Source: an uncultured Gemmatimonadales bacterium
GTDB lineage: Bacteria > Gemmatimonadota > Gemmatimonadetes > Gemmatimonadales > Gemmatimonadaceae
DNA length: 64,000 bases
Assembly: GCA_963707505.1 (NCBI GenBank)
Contig: CAVPQB010000004.1
Span: forward strand, 960,001 to 1,024,000
Direction: 5' to 3'
In this document: in pieces, positions 63,599 to 64,000 of the stretch
Numbering within the stretch: the first letter of the stretch is position 1
Layout of the letters: every line of letters begins with the position of its first letter
The notes under the pieces: generated by a model
What the model was told of the DNA's origin: nothing
Seen by the model: only the letters and a program-made list of their open reading frames with translations
Database searches by the model: none
Program-made: the position numbers and the translations under genes

Positions 63599-64000
63599 AT
63601 GCCGCGACCACTCGTCCGACCGCTGTTCGTGCTTCTGCTCTTCACCGCGGGATGCTCAGTCGTGTACCACAAGCTGGACGATCCGACAGGCCTCCCCGAG
63701 GCGAACGTACGGCCCGGAATAACGGTGTTGCTGAACGACAGCATCGCCCTCGTCGCGGGTAAGCGAGTCGGGTTGCTGACCAACGCCAGCGGCGTCGATG
63801 AGCACGGCCGAAGTGACGTGAAGCTGCTCATGACGGATAAGCGTGCGACGAGATCCAACGTCCATCTCGTGGAGCTGTTTTCGCCCGAGCACGGGTTCGC
63901 GACTGCGCTGGACAGGACCGGCATCGCATCCGGCATCGATCCCGCGAGCGGGCTGGTGGTCGTCTCTTTATACACCAACCAGACCATTCCGCCCCCTGAC
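63599..64000 (+). CDS. DUF1343 / NamZ-like exo-beta-N-acetylmuramidase lipoprotein (partial, runs off window)
   Basis: Hand translation: lipobox FTAGC, VRPGITVL, GKRVGLLTN, LFSPEHGF, VVSLY. Confidence 0.85.
   Translation, partial: MPRPLVRPLFVLLLFTAGCSVVYHKLDDPTGLPEANVRPGITVLLNDSIALVAGKRVGLLTNASGVDEHGRSDVKLLMTDKRATRSNVHLVELFSPEHGFATALDRTGIASGIDPASGLVVVSLYTNQTIPPPD

Overview
High-GC bacterial chromosomal window, most likely from a Gemmatimonadota-type genome. That assignment is inferred from protein flavour (TonB/ExbB signatures, ACIII and carboxypeptidase-domain receptor families), not from a search. It holds about 50 housekeeping and envelope genes. These include a PAS-GGDEF-EAL protein, a VPS10/BNR hydrolase, panE, pdxH-speA, a superoxide dismutase and a six-gene alternative complex III (actA-F) operon. 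Further along are a BlaI / M56-TonB / outer-membrane receptor operon, rocD, hsp20, two two-component pairs, tonB-exbB-exbD-exbD, hppA with amino-acid transporters, and a NamZ / SSS / sugar-kinase cluster. I saw no rRNA, tRNA, CRISPR array, prophage or transposase. Many genes are broken by small indels, densely at 23.3-32.3 kb and 35.3-36.8 kb; these are best explained as long-read consensus errors. The best candidate for an undescribed system is the BlaI + M56-peptidase::TonB-CTD + atypical TonB-dependent-like receptor operon. It has a visible double operator, and the receptor ends in a Spy/CpxP-like helical tail. Other readable cis-elements are a perfect Rex/CRP-type box before ACIII, paired TTAA-N7-TTAA boxes before tonB, a sigma-54 promoter before hsp20, an ARG-like box before rocD and REP-like palindromes at convergent gene junctions.
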